A stretch of DNA of 64,000 nt from Chara braunii (taxonomy: Eukaryota; Plantae; Charophyceae): assembly GCA_003427395.1 (NCBI GenBank), contig BFEA01000035.1, positions 2,073,224 through 2,137,223 on the forward strand, written 5' to 3'. The notes beneath the pieces are model-generated. The model was not told where the DNA came from. It saw only the letters and a list, made by a program, of their open reading frames with translations, and searched no databases. Below are positions 24,698-36,395 of this stretch, in pieces. The stretch's first letter is position 1; each line of letters opens with the position of its first letter. The position numbers were made by a program, and so were the translations under genes.

Positions 24698-24699
<2 letters not shown>

Positions 24700-25590
24700 T
24701 GGATTCTTTGTCTATAAATTATTAAATTGTCCCTTCCCATCTGCGCACTCCCCTTGGACTCGGATGAGTGGGAATGGTCAGGTACCAAACCACTCCCAAT
24801 ACACTGTCAAAGAGGGATATAAATATATGCATTGAATGCACTCTTCCACCAAAATGTCCACTGCAGATTGAAAAGGGACTCACCCCTTTAAGCACTAGAG
24901 GGAGTGCTTGAAAAAAAAAGAAAAAAAAAAGAAAAGAAAAAAAAAAGAAGAGAAAAAGAGATATCCAGTCCATCTCGAGGTCAACCTATGCTCACATCGC
25001 ATAGGGCACTAAAATGGCAGATCATCAGTGTTGCTTACCATGTCCAGGCTGGCTGACATCCCATTCAAATCTAGAGGAGAAAGGAATATTATCACCAATC
25101 TATGTACTATGTGGGCCCTTAGTGCCACGCAGATGAGCAGAACATTGCCTGCTAGCCTGTCCCATGGCTCTCCAGATCTGGCTCGAGTGGAATGCTCTAT
25201 GGAGCCACTTGTCAGGTCAGGGTTTCCAACGGAACATTCCTCTTATTTTGTTGGGAAGACCTCGAGACTTCCCATTTAAGTGCTCAACCTTTCAAAGCAA
25301 CCTATTAAACATATGTGTCTGGCTATCCTTATGGTTATTTGTAGGATGCACTGCTCTGCTGAACGTCAAGAAGGTACCTTTGCTTTCCCGCAGGCCAAGG
25401 CTGAAGTTTTGAATACCATCAGAATGATCATAGTCAAGACCCAGAAGAGGCTAAAAGAACTCAAGACTTCAACGAATGAGGAGACCAGGCAACGATCGAA
25501 ACATTTAAGAAAATTTAGCTTGATCACCAGTGCAAAATAGCCGATTTGCAACCAACAAGAATAATAGTCTGGAAAATTTGGGCTTTGGCC
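24700..25590 (+). pseudogene. Decayed LINE ORF2 C-terminal relic
   Basis: LPLDSDEWEWSGTKP resembles LPFDPSEWEWPDSKP, and HRALKWQI resembles HRSLQWQI, of LINE-B. Confidence 0.65.
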
Positions 25591-26505
25591 ACTTTTGAAC
25601 ACAGTGTCGGGGCTGTAGTGGTTAAGAGACTTGGTTCCTGTGGCTGAGGGTGCTGGTTCGAGGCCGTGCATGTATGGCGGAGCCTAAAGCCCTAAAGCAC
25701 GGATCAGTAATCCACTCTGAAGGCGCCCGTGGAACCCGCAGCAAGATGGTCTGTGCGTGTGACCGGGCTAAGTAGCGGTGGTGGGTCCCGTGCCGTTGGG
25801 AACGGAGTGTGTGTGGATTGTCGTGCCCGGGTGGTGTTGTGGATGGTGTCTCAGACTGTGCGGTGGACACTACTTCGAGGGTGGGGTGGATATCACAACC
25901 ACTTTTGAACACCATGTCGAGGCTGTAGACTTGGTTCCTATGGTTCAGGGTGCTGGTTTGAGGCCGTGCGTGCGCAGCAGGGCCAGAAGCCCTAAGCAAC
26001 AGATCAATAATCTAATGTGAAGGCACCCGTGGAACCCCCGGGAAGATGGCCTGTGCATGTGACCGGTTTAAGTAGCGGTGGTGGGTCACGTGCCGCTGGA
26101 ACTGAGTGTATGTGGATTGCTGTGTCCGTGTGGTGTTGTGGATGGCGTGCGTGCGCTGGAGACTACAGACCTGCAGGGGTGGGTTGGAAATCACAACCGA
26201 TAGGATTCCATTTTTGAACACCGCGGCAGGGCTGTAGTGGTTAAGAGAGGTGGTTCTTCTGGCTGCGGGTGCCGGTTCGAGGATGTGCGTGCGCGGTGGG
26301 CCCTGAAGCCCTAAAGCACGGATCAATAATCTACTATGAAGATGCCCGTGAAACCCACGGGAAGATGGCCTGTGCATGTGATAGAGTTAAGTAGCGGTGG
26401 TGGGCCGTGCGCTGGTGGAACTGAGTGTGAGTGGATTGCCATGTCCGTGTGGTGTTCTGTGTGGTGTGTGTGTGTGTTGGACACTACAGCCCTGCAGGGG
26501 TGGGC
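25590..26505 (+). repeat. Three tandem units of about 305 bp, each with a tRNA-derived (SINE-like) head
   Basis: Units start at ttttgaacac (about 25593, 25903, 26212); A-box-like ggctgtagtggtta and B-box-like ggttcgag; the A box is partly deleted in copy 2. Confidence 0.75.
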
Positions 26506-26640
26506 GCTTCACAGATGATTTTCTGGCCGCAATCCCTGGTCCACAATCAGCAGCAGTGAAACTGAGATCTGAATTGGAATCATTCCTTAGAGAAAAACTC
26601 CAGTTAACATTGAGTATGGACAAAACCCAGATTACGGATT
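26505..26640 (+). pseudogene. Group II intron reverse transcriptase/maturase fragment (RT5-RT6 region)
   Basis: RFTDDFLAAIPGPQSAAVKLRSELESFLREKLQLTLSMDKTQITD fits the group II RT pattern RYADDFL.gi.G....a..i...i..FL...L.L.ls.eKT.It. Confidence 0.7.
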
Positions 26641-27332
26641 ACCCATTTTGGATTAACCACAGGGGAGTACTTAGGACGAAGCTTTCTACCTCCAATATCA
26701 GACAAGTTATATAAGAATACAGGGGACGAATCACTACCACCCGTACAGGGTCCATTGGTAACAGTAACTATCCATCAAAGGAACTCAGCGTAGAGCAGCT
26801 CTTCATTGTATTCTCCTAGGTCTTCCGAGTTTATTAAATGTTGTAATGGGATGCTGGACCCTGTTTCCAGCTCCCCGCCAATAGATGCAGGCTCTCATGC
26901 AGCCTCCACTTGAGGGTTCGATTTAGGAGGGTGCTCCTATCACCTCCTGAAAATTTGTTTTCCTGTGTGGAACTACAAAAAAAAAGAAAAAGAGAGAAAA
27001 AAAGATACACATTAAACCATAAGTATGTTTCCCACCTTCGGAGCTTGGCCTACTGAACAGTAAAGTCTGGTGGCACTAGTAACAAGATTCGATTTCGCCC
27101 TCGTGCCGGTTCAACAGAACTTTTCAGTGTTTGCACATAGTAGAACTCAGCATGTGTGGTTCTGAGGGAGGGAAATAAACTATACAATGTCGTCTTTTTT
27201 GCCGTTCCTCTCCACCTCGCATTCTGCATCAGACTAATCAATAATAGACCTCCCAGGCAAAGGCTACACCTCAGCTCTCCCTCTCTTTTTTTTTTGAAAC
27301 AACGGCGGGCGCGGCATGTTTTGAGTTCCTAA

Positions 27333-28518
27333 AGGCACGAAAAACAGGCCTTCGGCGACTGTGTCAGTGCCTGAGTTCGAAAAGGTGTTCGTAACTCAAG
27401 GCCGGCAGTGGTGTCAGGGCGGAGTTCGGAAAGGCGGTTCTGTTTTTTTTTTGAAACAAGTGCGGTGGTACCACACTTTCAAACTGTAAAGGTAAAAAAA
27501 ACACTAATGGGCAACGAAAAAATGGCCGTAGTTCGAAAAGGCAAAGATAACAGTAATGGGCAGTAACCTCACACCCCGACTTCAAAAANNNNNNNNNNNN
27601 NNNNNNNNNNNNNNNNNNNNNNNNNNNNNNNNNNNNNNNNNNNNNNNNNNNNNNNNNNNNNNNNNNNNNNNNNNNNNNNNNNNNNNNNNNNNNNNNNNNN
27701 NNNNNNNNNNNNNNNNNNNNNNNNNNNNNNNNNNNNNNNNNNNNNNNNNNNNNNNNNNNNNNNNNNNNNNNNNNNNNNNNNNNNNNNNNNNNNNNNNNNN
27801 NNNNNNNNNNNNNNNNNNNNNNNNNNNNNNNNNNNNNNNNNNNNNNNNNNNNNNNNNNNNNNNNNNNNNNNNNNNNNNNNNNNNNNNNNNNNNNNNNNNN
27901 NNNNNNNNNNNNNNNNNNNNNNNNNNNNNNNNNNNNNNNNNNNNNNNNNNNNNNNNNNNNNNNNNNNNNNNNNNNNNNNNNNNNNNNNNNNNNNNNNNNN
28001 NNNNNNNNNNNNNNNNNNNNNNNNNNNNNNNNNNNNNNNNNNNNNNNNNNNNNNNNNNNNNNNNNNNNNNNNNNNNNNNNNNNNNNNNNNNNNNNNNNNN
28101 NNNNNNNNNNNNNNNNNNNNNNNNNNNNNNNNNNNNNNNNNNNNNNNNNNNNNNNNNNNNNNNNNNNNNNNNNNNNNNNNNNNNNNNNNNNNNNNNNNNN
28201 NNNNNNNNNNNNNNNNNNNNNNNNNNNNNNNNNNNNNNNNNNNNNNNNNNNNNNNNNNNNNNNNNNNNNNNNNNNNNNNNNNNNNNNNNNNNNNNNNNNN
28301 NNNNNNNNNNNNNNNNNNNNNNNNNNNNNNNNNNNNNNNNNNNNNNNNNNNNNNNNNNNNNNNNNNNGGCGCGGCGCGACCGAAGAGGAAAAAAAAAAAA
28401 CAAAAAAAACACAACCGCCTTTTCGAACTCCGCCCTGACACCACTGCCGGCCTTGAGTTACGAACGCCTTTTCGAACTCAGGCCCTGACACAGATGCCGC
28501 AGGCTGTTTTTTGTGCCC
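27333..28518. mobile_element. Element with inverted termini of about 110-130 bp spanning a gap
   Basis: 27360-27440 (gtgtcagtgcctgagttcgaaaagg...ggcggagttcggaaaggcggtt) is nearly the reverse complement of 28413-28492. Confidence 0.7.
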
Positions 28519-29338
28519 ATTACAAACTCCCATGTGGCATAAACATACTTCCCCCCCGTTTTGTTTTGTTTTTTAACTGAAACATCTGCAACCTGCTATT
28601 GGAGGTGATACGAGCATCCTCCAATAGCAAGCCCCAGTTTATTGACGGCTCCAATCTCTTGGTGGGGAGCATCACCTGCTGGAAACCGGGTCCAGCGTCC
28701 CACTGACAAGATTGGAGACAACATACCTGGCGGAACAGCATTGATTGCCTCTCTCACGAGGGGATTGACTGCCCGCCCAAAATTCAGCCAGGTCACAGCA
28801 TGTATAAAGATCTAGCCATGGGGAGGGTGGCCAACCATCCTCCAATCACCCTAATCCTTCACAGTCATAGCCGTGCAAAGCAAACCCTAGGCCCCCTCCA
28901 TGCATAAGGCCACTGCCCAGCTCCATGATTCACATTTTCCGCCAGCGGAGGACGTCTGCCTACCCTCCCTTATCCTAAGCTATTCACCCGGCGAAGATCA
29001 TTCTCATGAGATTGTTTTTGTCAAATTTCTGGCAGAGGTTATCAACAATTCGACATACATCATTATTTTTATTATTATTATTATTATCACACATCTGCCA
29101 TGCATACTCTTCCCCCTGCCATTTCGCCAACCAGAGTTCTGCCCATCCCTTATTGATTGTCCTATCTCCTCCCCCTATCCCCCACCCAAATGACAAACCT
29201 TCCTCTCGCTCCTCTCCATCGCGGCCCCCACCCAGTGGCAGCCACAGATTATGACAGTCAGGACCAGCAACAGGGAGGGGGCAGTGGGAAACAGGTCAAA
29301 AAGAGACGCCAGGAGGTGATATTTACGCAGGAGTAAAA

Positions 29339-30205
29339 CTGGCTAGCACACGGAACATGTTCGTGACCCCACCGAGCAGTCGAGCATGTTCGGACGCTCG
29401 GCTGAGCGGGAACTGAACATGTTCGGCCAAGCGTTCTGTTGCCTTAGCCTTTCAAACACATGCTACTGCAGAGTACAATGGGCGCCATGGCAGAGGCTAG
29501 GATAGTAGGTGGATGGCAGAGGCTAGGGGATGGAGGGTGACTCCACTGGTGCCCCCCGGTGGCCCCCCCCCAACACCCGACCCTGCTGCAGGATAGGAAT
29601 GGCAGAGTAGAGTGGATATGGGACGCTGGACCCGGTTTCCAGCACTACGGCGTCACTCTCATTGATGTACTGTGTGGCAAAGATGTATTCATGGGACGTT
29701 GGACCCGGTTTCCAGCACTATGGCGTCACTCTCATTGATGTACTGTGTGGCAAAGATGTATTCATGGGACGTTGGACCCGGTTTCCAGCAGGTGTTGCTC
29801 CCCACCAATAGATGGAGCGGCCCGCTAGGCAAAGCCTCAATCCCGGTGGTTCTCTTACCACCACCAGGATAGAGGTCTTGCACAAGGGCCTTCAAAAAAA
29901 AAAAAAGAAAAAAAAAAAGGGGGCTGCCGAACGCGTCCTCGTGTGTGTGTGGTGTGTGTGGGGTGTATGTGGGGTGTGTGTGTGTGTGTGCGTGTGCGTA
30001 GTGTGTGTGTGTGTGTGTGTATGTGTGTATATGTTCAGGAGTGATGAGCAATGCCCCCAAGGGCTCCCCAACCCCTATATATATTAAAAAATAACAAAAA
30101 ATTAAAAAAATAAAAATGTTCGGGCTCGGTCTATTTTGAGCCACGTTCGGGTTCGGTACCGAGCGTTCCGGTTCGGTCACTGAGCCTGAACGCGATGCTA
30201 CGCAG
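29339..30205. mobile_element. MITE (ctg..tagca family) with 8-bp TSD, containing a retroposed LINE tail
   Basis: TSD gagtaaaa at 29331-29338 and 30206-30213; ends ctggctagca/tgctacgcag. Confidence 0.9.
29437..29918 (+). mobile_element. Short retroposed 3' tail (SINE or truncated LINE) with a triplicated hairpin motif
   Basis: Absent from the sister MITE at 7815-8160; gggacg(c/t)tggacccggtttccagca occurs three times at about 73-bp spacing; the tail matches 32480-32607 (reverse); ends in poly(A). Confidence 0.8.
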
Positions 30206-30310
30206 GAGTAAAACAATCAAAACACATGCCAAACCCATCGAATCCAACCCCCCCCGTGGTCAACTGCCTGAGCCACCCCCATGATTGTACGACGCCGCAG
30301 CTCGTTAGTA

Positions 30311-31279
30311 TTACCCTTTGGAGCGGAATGGCATACCCCTGCGAAATAAAAAGAAAAACCTGTCATCGTCATAGCTCGGTAAATCATCATACATGATATC
30401 ATTGCCCGCATCAGCCTGCTGGGTAGATGAAGAATCAATTGTAAAAAAACCGTTCAAAACAAGCGGGGCAACCGCATCACCTACCTCCGCCGAAGCACCG
30501 TTGTCAAACAATGATGACGATGCCTTTTGACCTTCCGCGGCCTGTTGGTAAGACTGTGAAACAGATGTTAACAAAACTTCCGGAGCAAGCGCCCGGATCG
30601 CCGCTCCCACATCCGTCAAATCTCCATTATTCGATACAGCAGCCTGAGACTGATAGCAAAACGATACTCACACCATGAGATCGTCCCCCAATTCATCACT
30701 CGCCTGAGCACATGAACGCTGTTGCTGGATACAGAGTGGAGTAATTGGTGATGTCGCTGTTGTAGATGTTGGAATTGTCGATATTGCTCTTGTTGCCGCT
30801 GTTGATGTTGTTGATGTTGTTGATGTTGTTGATTCTGTCCATGTCACGCTATCCTGGCCTTCAGATGAGAGCAACTCACCTGGTGGACTACCCACGTCTC
30901 TCCTTGCTAGAAGCCCGACAAACATGTCTTTCACCTGTGCCAGCATCCCAGCACACTCGTGTAGGGCAGTCATCGCCTGTGCTCTGTCAATCATATCCAA
31001 CTGTTGAAGAGAGATCTGCTCATACAGTTCCCCCTCCCACCCATCGTAGATCTCCTCTCCCTCCAACAAGATGTCATCTGGTAGGTTGCCATATTCTTGA
31101 CTCAGCAACGCGTGCATCTCCTCCAGCTGCTGTTTATAAAAGGTCACAATGAACAGTGCAGAATCTGCCTGCACAGGCTGCAGGGGGGGTTTCCCACAAC
31201 CCCCATCAGGCATGGTCTCCGTGTCCATCTCTGTCGTCGTTATTGATGTCAGAAGCAAACACCGCTGTGTTGCAATCAC
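30311..31279 (-). pseudogene. Unknown ORF (acidic helical N-terminal part, Thr/Ser-rich linker) split by one stop
   Basis: ORFs of 203 aa and 102 aa in the same frame, separated by a single TGA. Confidence 0.5.
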
Positions 31280-32436
31280 GTTTTTTCAACAAATTCCCAG
31301 CTGGCGCTGTCCCTGTCCGCACGTCGCAGGACACCCACGTCACCAACAGCAGCTGCCACATGGCAATCAGGACGCCACGCGCGTCTGCCGGGCGCGCACA
31401 CAGGCCTAGCGACCAAGGAGCTCCCTCCCCCAGGCACTAGTCTAGCCGGCAGACCGGGCCTTGCCGGTCGGGCGGCGTCGGGGCGCTAGCGCTAGCGCAG
31501 CTCCGGTTCGCGGTCTACCGTTCAATCCTGTTTCCCTCTCATTGAAGTCAAAGAAGTTAAATACAAGGTTTTTCTGTACAAGACCACACCTAGACCTCCA
31601 AACTTTTCTCTCCGGTACCTGGGTAAGACTGTTTGGATTTGAATGCAGCTCTCCCCTTGGTGGACGCATCCTATATGGCCCAAGCTTTGCTCTACATTTC
31701 TCATAATACGTTGAATTCACATGATATCTCATTGGGACTTGTGGCACTACCATATAGAGTCTATCGACCACCATGATGACCAGTCCTTAGTCTGTGTATT
31801 GCCACAAAGGAAAGGACTTGCGCTGTCCTACGTCCCACTCCCATTCCACAGGATCATTTCTATTCTTTCCTTTTCTTTTTTAAGAACCAGTGTCCTAATG
31901 CCAAGTCAAGTTTTTAAACCACCAATACATCCGGGCCTCTTTTGTACGAGGTGAATTACCCTATGCGCCAAGCTTTGCCGAAATGCCAGTGTTGTATTTT
32001 TGTTCTTGTTTTGCCTGCCGCCACCAGCCATTTTGGTCCAGTTGCCCGGAGCCTACGAAATTTTAGGAGTGGCTCAATCCTGATTGACAAGTTGGCTGGG
32101 CCCATGTACTGGTGGTTTAAACCAGCAGTCGTTGCAGGGGCACTAGATTTTACTCATTGATTAGTACCAGGCCAAAATCTACAGTGCCCAGGCGTGGTGG
32201 AGGTTCTGTGTGGGTCGGCTGGTGGGCCCACAATCAAAAAGAAAGCGCCCACAATGATGAGGCCTGCCTGCCTGTCCTTTTCGTCACACACATTGCTGGT
32301 ACACGGTACCACCTTCGATTAGCCACTTCAATGTACTCGTCGAAAGCACGCTTGGCGAAATGCATTTTTTGGTTCGTCAATTTAGCTTCGGATGGACTGG
32401 TGGTTTAAGGGCAAAAAGAGCTTCCTGTCAGCAGTT

Positions 32437-33380
32437 CTTTTTTTTTTTTTNNGGGGGGGGGGGGGGGGGGGAGTGTGGGTGAAGGCCCTTGTGCAACCCC
32501 ACTATCCCGGTGGTGGTAAGAGAACCACAGAGATTGAGGCTTGCCTGACAGGCTGCTCCGTCTATTGGTGGGGAGCTTCACCTGCTGGAAAACGGGTCCA
32601 GCGTCCCAATTTTACAACTTTTGAGAATCAATACATTGTGTAAACGACATTTCCTTGCCAGCATTGATTACCCTGGGGTCCAGGGGATTGACTGAGCAAG
32701 GTGGGTGGTAGCCGGGAGGAAGGTCACCGCCCTGGACCTGTAGTAACCCCCCTCCCCCCTCCCCCCCGAAATCGAGAGAGTGTTCTGATAAATGCTGAGA
32801 TGATGCTGTCGCTGTCGCTGCTTTGATCTTCTGTAGGGAAATTTGAAGCTTTGGATGCCCAGGGTCCCAATTCAGCTCGATACTCCAGTGTGACCCCGTT
32901 GGAGCCCCCTTCTGCCGATTTCTGTTACAAGCTGTTACATGCTGTTACATGCTGCTTATTGCTTATCGCAGCACCCACTCCCACCCCTAGAGGGGCCAAT
33001 GCCCCCCCCCCCCCCCCCCCCTCCCTGCTAGTCTCCTTCCTGCAGAGTCTCCGTTATTGAAAGTGGGTGGGGAGGGAAGGGGTCCGCAAAGTCTTGTGCA
33101 GGTCAGAGCGGAACCCCCGGGTTAATGGTCGTCCAGTCATGAAAGTGCAGCCTGTAGTCCTGCTTCATGTCCATCTGGGGGTCCTCCTCCACTGGTGCGC
33201 ACTGACCCCTCTGTGTGTCTTCTGACCACAATACCCTTGCTATCCATCCTCCTCTTTTCCCGCGAAGCCAGTCTTTGCAGAACCGAGTGGTGATCTGATG
33301 AGCATCTCCCCTGGAGTGGACACTATCCAGTCTTTCTCGGCATGCACCAGTTGTTTGCTCTGGCCAGAGTTCCAAAAGCG
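32437..33380 (-). mobile_element. LINE-C, severely 5'-truncated (ORF2 C-terminus, 3' UTR, poly(A))
   Basis: Poly(T) at about 32438-32451; motif at 32554-32607; ORF 33103-33375 has WLRGKRGGWIARVLW...DYRLHFHDWTTINPGVPL, matching the other LINE C-termini. Confidence 0.85.
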
Positions 33381-33823
33381 TAAAGGACTCAGGCTGTCAA
33401 GTTTGTTCAGCCCACCAGTTTCTTTTGTTTGTAAGGACCTGCCAACACACGGACTGAGAACACAGCTGATTTCTGAGTTTTGCCACGGAGTGAATGCCTT
33501 GCTGAGATTCCCCCTTTTTGCTGAGTTTTCTAAGTCTGTGTGTGTGTGTGCTTGCGGGTCTGCGTGCCTGTCTGAGTGCTGTCGGTCTGAGTGTGTGTGC
33601 CGCTTGTTTGTTTGGGAGGCCCGTAGGGGCGGTACTTCCTGTGGCTGTGACTTTGGTGGGGTTGCAGAGGGGAAAAACACTGAAGTGGCGGAAGGGGTAG
33701 CTTCACTCAAGTAGCTGTAGTGTAGGCGGACACGAAGTGCTATTGTTTGCCATTGATCTTCAGGGTCAGTAGCGGAACGTTCTGTAAGTTGAAGAAGGCT
33801 GTTTGTGAAAACAGCTGGAGATA

Positions 33824-34627
33824 TCAGAAGTGAGAATGCTGACATGAGTAACAAAAAATCAGGTGAAAAACATGATCGCCAAACCAAGCGGCAGCTTCAA
33901 ACCCGAAATGGTGTCTTCGAGTAAAATGACCCATGTACTGACGAACACGACAGAAAATAAGAAAAATGGTTCCTACGATGACATGAAAGCCATGGAATCC
34001 AGTAGCTAAAAAGAATGTAGAGCCATATATCCCATCAGAAATGGTAAAAGGAGCTTCTACGTATTCCATTCCTTGAAATGCAGTAAAAACTAAAGCTAGA
34101 AGAATAGTGGCTAATATGCCATAAAGGGCTTGTTGTTTTAAACCAACTAATATAGCATGATGAGCCCAAGTTACAGCAGCTCCAGATGAAAGTAGAATAA
34201 AATCATTAAAAACCTTATCAAATAACCATCGCTTGTTCAAAAAACAATAGCACTTCGTGCCTAGTGTACTAGTTTTCAAAACATATATAAATTGATTTGC
34301 ACAAAAATTAACACGATACGCCAAAAATGCGCCTATAGCACTAAACAAAATGGGTATTAGTTTCATCATTCTTGGAGTGGCAAATTCTGACGAAAACATA
34401 ATTTCGTTTTTTGGTAGTATGAAAATAGAATTTGCGCAAAAATGAGTACCTAAACCAATCATCATATCTTTGGAGAGGGGAGCGTCAGGGGTATTTACCT
34501 GGCTACGGCGGACGCCATCTATATCACCTTGGTAGGTGCTGCATCTGGAAGGCCCCAGTTGGGATAGCGCTGCATCAAGAAGCTTCGAGGCAAAGGCAGG
34601 CATGGTGGCCTGAGAGAAAGAGGCCAT
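33824..34627 (-). CDS. Chimeric 267-aa ORF: about 52-aa non-mitochondrial N-terminus, nad5 piece, cox3 piece and a short tail
   Basis: One uninterrupted frame from an ATG across both junctions; expression unknown. Confidence 0.3.
   Translation of the reverse strand: MASFSQATMPAFASKLLDAALSQLGPSRCSTYQGDIDGVRRSQVNTPDAPLSKDMMIGLGTHFCANSIFILPKNEIMFSSEFATPRMMKLIPILFSAIGAFLAYRVNFCANQFIYVLKTSTLGTKCYCFLNKRWLFDKVFNDFILLSSGAAVTWAHHAILVGLKQQALYGILATILLALVFTAFQGMEYVEAPFTISDGIYGSTFFLATGFHGFHVIVGTIFLIFCRVRQYMGHFTRRHHFGFEAAAWFGDHVFHLIFCYSCQHSHF
33883..34200 (-). pseudogene. cox3: Mitochondrial cox3 fragment (NUMT), C-terminal half
   Basis: [17 protein letters not shown]...[40 protein letters not shown]...[10 protein letters not shown]; AT-rich; no stops. 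Confidence 0.95.
34200..34473 (-). pseudogene. nad5: Mitochondrial nad5 fragment (NUMT), C-terminal region
   Basis: [22 protein letters not shown]...SEFATP...[15 protein letters not shown]...[15 protein letters not shown], a plant-type NAD5 segment. Confidence 0.92.
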
Positions 34628-36395
34628 AGCTGCTTTGCGTTGTCTTTTGCACGTCAGGGCACTAGTCCACCATAGTCTAGGCCTGGATGAAGAAGGGAGA
34701 GGACGGCGGCCATGGATATGGTGGACCTTTTGTTGTGCTGGTAGTAAAAGAGGGATTCAGACATTGATTCTAGTTCAGCCATTCATCATTATTATTGTTA
34801 ATTTATTATTTATTGTTTGAACGAGAGATGAGGACATAAGCAGGACCTGGAGGACGAGTTGGTTGGTTCCGATCCTGATCGAACGTGGCCCCCCCTTTCA
34901 TACCCCGCTACCCTTCCCGCCCTCTTTTCTCGCCCCCGATCCCAATCTCCACCGTCTAGAACCACTCCGAGCCCCCCCCCGACTCGAAGCCCTCCCCTGA
35001 CTCGTACCCTCCATTCAATCCTCCTTTCCCAATTGCTTCGCTGTCCTACCCTGCCCTCAATTCCTCGCCCCCGATCCCCCCGCCTTTCTTGCCCCGGCCC
35101 CGCCCCCGCCCCCATCCCGATCGCGATCTTGTCGCTACCCCCTCCTGTCTCTGTGCCTATCCACCATTCCCGTGACTTGTATTTTCCCCTCGGACCGGGA
35201 TCCCGACTCCCACCCTCAATCCCCGCCCCTCCGCCCCCGATCCCCATCTCCACCCGACAAGTACCCCGCTATTCCGCATCTCTCCCCGGTCCCGCCCCTG
35301 ATCCCAATCTCTACCTGTCGGCGCGCCGCTTTTCCCTGATCCCGATTGCGATCCTATCACTACTTACCTTTCCCCCCTTCCCCCATCCCGATCGTGACCC
35401 CGCCCCTGATCCCGATCTCTACCAGCCGCTTTTCCCCCCACCCCTGATCCCGATCTCTACCCACCGCTTTTCCCCCATCCCGATTGCGATCCTGTCACTA
35501 CTTACCTTTTCCCCCCGCCCCCATCCCGATCGTGATCCGGTCACTACTCACCTCTCCTGAGTCCTGACCTGCCCCCCCTGCTCTGCGTCCATCCACCATT
35601 CCCCGGACTTGGGACTCGGCTCCTCACCTATCCACCATTCCCTTGAGTTGTATCTTCCCCCCGAACCAGGATTCCGACTCCCACCCTCAATCCCCGCCCC
35701 TCCGCCCCCGATCTCGATCTCCACCCGACCAGCACCCCGCTATTTCGATACTCACCCCGACCACGCCCCNNNNNNNNNNNNNNNNNNNNNNNNNNNNNNN
35801 NNNNNNNNNNNNNNNNNNNNNNNNNNNNNNNNNNNNNNNNNNNNNNNNNNNNNNNNNNNNNNNNNNNNNNNNNNNNNNNNNNNNNNNNNNNNNNNNNNNN
35901 NNNNNNNNNNNNNNNNNNNNNNNNNNNNNNNNNNNNNNNNNNNNNNNNNNNNNNNNNNNNNNNNNNNNNNNNNNNNNNNNNNNNNNNNNNNNNNNNNNNN
36001 NNNNNNNNNNNNNNNNNNCCCCCATCCCGATCACGATCCTATCACTGGCACTACTCACCTCTCTTGACTTGCCCCCCCTGCTCTGCGTCCATCCACCATT
36101 CCCCCGACTTGGGACTCGGCTCCTTATCTCGATCCCCCTAATTCCACCTCCCAGCCCCCATCCCCGATCTTGATATAGGACATCCTACATCCTGCACTCT
36201 TCCCTCCCTCGGTGATCATTCACTAATCCTGTTCGTTACGCACTCTTCCTCCCTTTCTCTGCGATCATCCACTAAACCTGTTCGTTATGCACTCTACCCC
36301 CCCCTTCTCTGCGCTCATCCACTAAACCTGTTCGTTACGCTTCCTAAGAACACATCCAATCACCCACGTGAATTAATCCCTACGTCAAAGAAAGC

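Larger units (their letters stand above)
28558..31440 (-). mobile_element. RT-less poly(A) retroposon carrying an ORF of unknown function, interrupted by a MITE
   Basis: T-rich tail at about 28559-28574; conserved 3' motif at 28647-28701; in-frame minus-strand ORF pieces 30668-31279 and 30311-30619. The 5' boundary is approximate. Confidence 0.55.

Noticed and set aside
25605-25670. Functional tRNA gene
   Set aside because: A and B boxes are present but I cannot form a full cloverleaf; treated as a SINE-like head.
29619-29818. Three regularly spaced hairpin repeats as a CRISPR array
   Set aside because: The two spacers are near-identical, so this is a simple 73-bp tandem duplication.
31520-32430. 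Similarity to 50440-50700 in the opposite orientation (gattgagcc.ctcctaaaa, ttaaaccac.agtac)
   Set aside because: Probably a shared old repeat, but I could not define its ends or coding content.
34859-35560. 233-aa Pro-rich ORF resembling an extensin
   Set aside because: It is the translation of the C/T-rich repetitive LINE leader, with no signal peptide or other support.
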